Assembly: GCA_029855935.1 (NCBI GenBank)
Contig: JAGSHN010000018.1
Coordinates: forward strand, 76,547 to 140,546
From: Candidatus Thorarchaeota archaeon
GTDB lineage: Archaea; Asgardarchaeota; Thorarchaeia; Thorarchaeales; Thorarchaeaceae
Length of the DNA stretch: 64,000 nucleotides
Direction: 5' to 3'
Every line of letters begins with the position of its first letter. Position 1 is the stretch's first letter. The translations under genes were made by a program, and so were the position numbers. The notes under the pieces were generated by a model. The model saw only the letters and a list, made by a program, of their open reading frames with translations, ran no database searches and had not been told where the DNA came from. This document shows, piece by piece, positions 61,301 to 64,000 of the stretch.

Positions 61301-64000
61301 CACCCTAGCTGGGGGCTCAGCGGAGAGGATTGTGAGGCGGTATCGCACCTCGAAGTTGCGTGTGGCCTCCTCGCTGAGGTAGTAGAACTGCGTCGCAGTC
61401 ACATTGACCGTGACCTGATAGACACCCGGGGCCGAGTAATAGGTCGTTGTGAGCTCGACCACGTACTCGCCACCTGCATTCTCTGTCACACTGTAATAGC
61501 TGCTCGGGATGGGCGTCGCGCCGTCGTAGAGCGTCACGGTGGCACCGGAGATGCCTGAACTGGACGCCTCAGTCACATCAGTCCACGTCACTGTGAAGGT
61601 GACATTGTCATTGTACTGTGTAGGCGCAGGCGACTGGTAGTCAAGCAACGTCTGCCTCGCCGTTACAGTGACGACGACAAGCCGCCCGGTCTGATTGCTA
61701 TAGAAGGGAGTGCCGGCCCAGGTCACATCCAGCTGAATGACCCTCTGACCGAGCGGCGCTCCAAACTGACTCGTGTCAAAGGACACCGTGAAGACCTTTG
61801 TCCCGCTGTCGTAGGTGAGGGCGTAGTCGGTCAGGTTGAGTGTGATTGTCATCTTTGCAGGGTCATAGCCTATGGGGACACTCGTGTTGCCAGTCACATC
61901 CTCGTAGGTGAACGTGAAGGTCGCATTGATACCATATGATGTCGGCGAGGGAGGAACAACAGAAACAAGTGTATCGCGTGAGATAACACGGACAGTGACT
62001 GTATCTGTTCGATTGGTGTAGTACGGCTGGACACCCTTGTCCCACTCGATGTGAATCTCCATATAGAACACGCCGACAGAGTTGAAGATCGTCGTGTTGA
62101 AGGACACCGAGTACTCGCCGGGAGAACCAATCGGGTCGATTTCCGAGATGGTGACCTGCGACGTGTCAACACTGATGCCTTGGAAGACGACGTATATGTG
62201 GACATGGCCACCGCCATAGCTGGAGTTTGTGATTCCATCGCCGCTGTACCTCTCAGCGTAGAGGAACGTGTAGGACATCACGCCGAGATAGGGTGTTGGC
62301 TCGGCGGCTGTCAGGAGCGTGTAGGTGGACTCCTCGCCCACGATATGGGCACTGACAAGAATCGACTTGTTCTGATACGAGTAGACCGGGCCAGTCCAGT
62401 TGAAGAACACCGTCAGGTTCTGCACAGACGGCGCGGTGAACTGTGATGCTGGCACGTATATCAAATAGTAGCCATCACCCAGTGCCGTATCGTTGTAGGC
62501 ATAGAAAGTGACGACACCAGTGAGGTTCTCGACACGAATGCTGACATACTCCGATGCGATGCCGACCTGATCATCGATATCACCATAGAACAGACTGATG
62601 GTGATATTGGACTTGTAGCTTGTCGGTTCGACGGCTGTCACAAGACGCAGGTCGGTGTGATGCGTCCTGATTGTCACCGTGATCTGGAATATTCCGAACT
62701 GGTAGTTCTCACCCTTTGAGAAGTTGAATTGCACCACGATGTTCTGCTGCAGCGGATCGTTCAGCTCGGTGATGAATGTCAGCTGATAGCGGCCCTCAGC
62801 TGAGATGTAGGTCCAACTCACACCATGGGTCCAGTTGGTCTGGATGGTGAATGGCGTCTCCGGTGTGATGGGCACGTCGTGGTCGATGTCCCTGTATTCG
62901 ACATAGAAGACCGGATCATTACCGACCGGGATGTCGAGGGCGCCGACCGTCGGAATTGCAGAGGTGTAGACGATGCGGACAACGACCTTGAACGACAGGG
63001 TCTGCGCAGCATAGCCAGCCTTGTCGGCAGTGATGTTGTACAGGTGCTCGCCTTTCGTGAGATAGGTCGCATTGATTGTCACCGTGTACTGACCATTACC
63101 GTGGTCCACAACACTACTGATATTGACACCCTGCGCTGTTATTGTCGCTCCCGCAATTCCCTGGCCGCGGTCGACATCCGTGAAGTTGAGAGTGATGGAG
63201 TAGTCAGTCTGGTACGGGGTGGTCACAGCCCTATCGGGGGAGGACAGCTCGCTGCGAGCCGGACGATACTGGAATGTCACGTCGAGCACGGAGCTCTGAA
63301 GAGTCTGATTGACGGGGTTGAACTCGATGGTGATCGTATACGTCCCCTCGGGGAAGTACGAGGCGTCGATAGTCAGATTGTACCTCCCGCTGGCAATCTC
63401 CACCAGAGTGAATGGATAGGTGTAGGTCGAGTTATGGACCGTGAAGTTTGCCTGGACCAGTCCTGCGATCATCTCACCGTAGTACGGCCCGGCCTCGCTG
63501 ATGTTCACGCGTATTATGAGCTTGAATGCGTCACCGTTCGGGAATATCAGATCATTTGGCTCATGGTAGAGGTAGGTGGACAGACCATAGATCTCGATAT
63601 TGAAGTCGTAATCGGACGGGGCATAGTAGTCAGACGTCATAGTGACACTGAGAGTCACGAGCTCCGTGCCCACGGACCAGACCGACGTGTCCAGAGTGAA
63701 CTCCAGCGACGAGAAGGGAGCGTTGTACTGAGTTGAGGCATAGTCGGCAGGGGCGAATGTGACAGTACTCACGGTCGAGGCCGCAAGGACACTGTCGGTG
63801 TCAAGGTCCGTCACAACCACGGTCACAGTCGTCGTGTTGCCAAACGGGGTAGTCAATTTCCCGGTGACTGTTGCAGAGGTGTAGTGCTTCCTGATCTCGA
63901 TGGAGAACGAGTAGTCTGACGGATTGTCATAGTTACCCGACATGACGACCTGCAGTGTGACTGACTCCACACCCACAGACCAGCCATCAGTGTCGAGGTC
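55307..64000 (-). CDS. Giant Ig-like-repeat cell-surface protein with C-terminal TM and cytoplasmic tail (5'-truncated)
   Basis: Frame open to window end; about 110-aa beta repeats; many N-x-S/T sequons; TM YGLPLSLFLLVLVILYVKVW; charged tail. Confidence 0.92.
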   Translation of the reverse strand, partial: DLDTDGWSVGVESVTLQVVMSGNYDNPSDYSFSIEIRKHYTSATVTGKLTTPFGNTTTVTVVVTDLDTDSVLAASTVSTVTFAPADYASTQYNAPFSSLEFTLDTSVWSVGTELVTLSVTMTSDYYAPSDYDFNIEIYGLSTYLYHEPNDLIFPNGDAFKLIIRVNISEAGPYYGEMIAGLVQANFTVHNSTYTYPFTLVEIASGRYNLTIDASYFPEGTYTITIEFNPVNQTLQSSVLDVTFQYRPARSELSSPDRAVTTPYQTDYSITLNFTDVDRGQGIAGATITAQGVNISSVVDHGNGQYTVTINATYLTKGEHLYNITADKAGYAAQTLSFKVVVRIVYTSAIPTVGALDIPVGNDPVFYVEYRDIDHDVPITPETPFTIQTNWTHGVSWTYISAEGRYQLTFITELNDPLQQNIVVQFNFSKGENYQFGIFQITVTIRTHHTDLRLVTAVEPTSYKSNITISLFYGDIDDQVGIASEYVSIRVENLTGVVTFYAYNDTALGDGYYLIYVPASQFTAPSVQNLTVFFNWTGPVYSYQNKSILVSAHIVGEESTYTLLTAAEPTPYLGVMSYTFLYAERYSGDGITNSSYGGGHVHIYVVFQGISVDTSQVTISEIDPIGSPGEYSVSFNTTIFNSVGVFYMEIHIEWDKGVQPYYTNRTDTVTVRVISRDTLVSVVPPSPTSYGINATFTFTYEDVTGNTSVPIGYDPAKMTITLNLTDYALTYDSGTKVFTVSFDTSQFGAPLGQRVIQLDVTWAGTPFYSNQTGRLVVVTVTARQTLLDYQSPAPTQYNDNVTFTVTWTDVTEASSSGISGATVTLYDGATPIPSSYYSVTENAGGEYVVELTTTYYSAPGVYQVTVNVTATQFYYLSEEATRNFEVRYRLTILSAEPPARVPYNGTLEVILNFQDLYTLAHIGNSTGDVTLDVISPSNAIYTITWDSGLSRYVLHVETYNLGLTINTVYTLHLNFSYAYKAPFYGWDDVYVQYEVRPRYSSLELSISPVPTPYNEFANFTLQYRDTDFSGTIDGGILTVYKGGTPLSQGTEYLVSPLGSGLYQVSINASALNGLGATQVTVWANWTGGVPYYGNASITLDITVTHRPTSLEVVSPPGQTRYQENVTFIISLVDLRSDSSVDITKNMVTVYNEGTPLTTADFSMSRQGTTNDFEISIDSTVISATLVSNRNITVLVNYPEVVPYYADDSTSVRVSIIRRDTFLSLNRPANTAYGENATLTFTYLDTTGTTSVPIEDSSQLDVVTSLSLTPRIVYDSVSKSFSIYFNTSQFGGVGEVSFYLNVTWAGTPYYANQTQVQITLTVVNRQTQVDFPAPPPVPFGDNVTFTVSYLDVAGSSPVGIPDFTFELYYGGSPLTGYYDYVHDGQGTLTITLNTTFLTSPGVYSLNASFVYAGTYYRADAYAVRDLQLRYRTTLLSAEPVGSVGYGTPLEIVLYFQDMLTLDNIGTSTTLTILTDTGVPWVYNITWRPTYQNYLLVVETQGQPLSVGQTYTLHVNMSYANIEPYYYWDDTFIEYSIRNRTSVLDVMEAPLPTSYLEYSPIKVYYRDVDGGSGISGATFSLVTSGSSISSTYYYYQEVSTGVYVVYLNTSALGGLGSYLVTVRANWPGGAPYHDDAARNVTFSVVERTTNVEIVSPPSATQFLDNVTFTFSYTDTIRRSPIDIQASNVILYGNGTQLSSADFAMRKVGSIFEVSINSTVLSSHLVTDYNLTIKVDWNAGTPPYYADDVTTLRLSTKGRTMTVEVGPIETTPLGDNMTIVFSVLDEGHGTPVGNAIILFDCVEQPLQEGSSYWVYPGTGADVGQYTVKVSTAALLTTGDFHFLLTVHWNPSASPFYANKTTMTLIGSVDLIWAVLTSDLPTPSSVQISQDVYVLVYYTDLDHGSIGVDGASLTVTYLSTGKVPTNLQITPAGTGVYNVSFSTIDITTTGSWTLNITAEKWPYTASSVQPTFTVKVIDTALSAPTTSIQANWTDTVRVYVDYEDLLHGNLTTGATVWCTWGGQTVYFTESAVLGRYYADLDTSLEDAGTRVVTVTASKTQYASAVTTVSLVVLTLPSSIVPIEPAGLVLSTYRGEGANITIYLNNTYSNAPVGNIYVQEITGTFEGNGITYTFVYNGTPGFYKAYMPGSDTSDVNTGFYYFRITAKMRNFNPASYQFTIELQQTRTQLILDEESGTTQEMTLFYSETVRLTVVFTELFNESALLTSATVTWYITDIEVNGTMVEDPLRPGYYYYDLNTSTIGYGIWAITIRARPADPQFSNAVTALTLTVKRIPTVVYGPNPLTRPWGWTGNLSFTYWDEVFDRPIVGANARYSWGPYTGVEAIDLGNGTYLVPVDTTVLLPEIKWSITISFSKANYIESNGAVQLTLELIETEVQVYAPEQNIVEDSSRNLIVPMGDYVNVTIYYGDVEMYIGGIEGATLTPESELRGDTFSGGHPIEIIELGGGYYSFIFDTNDLTLYEYSEGVPVTGQTYRAIIGLHLDNRTEQEIVIRIRIVDIPTSFVASLTSPSVSLVHGDAVTIDLFYNDTWHGRGVTADFIEAVSNNEAVLQVAVAPGDGTGHYTVTLNGVGVGTAIVRINLGRQYYANVSLTYAIEVVPNDTDVLVQRATTYGLPLSLFLLVLVILYVKVWSVPKRVRQINGQIRALRRGKVPKPVSDAKSRQELLASLFNDTYSELGITREPEQLPPESVKVDIPEMGELLMQLSILTNLSPEELDEFKSDISKMKLSEQAAFVKEVINQEAMRAARREGKTMEEVLQEIEKIAKARLGRGAPAAYGRPEEAVGEALILGREMKEERPVPEVEALGTRPEPTEIAAPSIEAEEARPPVTDRLSPFELEELKRKLEARGVPPHEIDTIIDQAKNLPRELVDELIRSLIDNDSS

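Overview
64-kb archaeal window, most likely an Asgard archaeon of the Thorarchaeia type (inferred from gene content and the giant Ig-like surface protein; not verified by search). A GC-rich core carries housekeeping genes (aminopeptidase, RIO kinase, LarE, ThiI, MFS, XPB, RFC, malic enzyme, GlcD/GlcF-like pair, Cdc6 paralogue, GcvH, RadA paralogue, >2,890-aa surface protein). Three visibly lower-GC accessory tracts interrupt it (about 9.25-11.9 kb, 19.5-23.7 kb, 35.1-43.3 kb). Two candidate new systems stand out. (1) A polymorphic toxin-like family: hydrophobic leader + conserved caspase/CHAT-like (clan CD) SHG...AC protease domain + variable, almost uncharged hydrophobic C-terminus, each full-length copy followed by a different putative immunity gene; three full-length copies (one frameshifted) and two remnants lie in two loci related by a reconstructable duplication/deletion. 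(2) A membrane protein ending in an 11-Cys CHSA-repeat tail, divergent from a PqqD/RRE radical SAM-SPASM maturase and upstream of a gluzincin peptidase. Also seen: an attenuator-like leader peptide upstream of the RIO kinase, an ATPase + nuclease-like defence pair, a decayed vapBC, and an XPB + p52/Tfb2-like pair. No rRNA, tRNA, CRISPR array, integrase or transposase was recognised.
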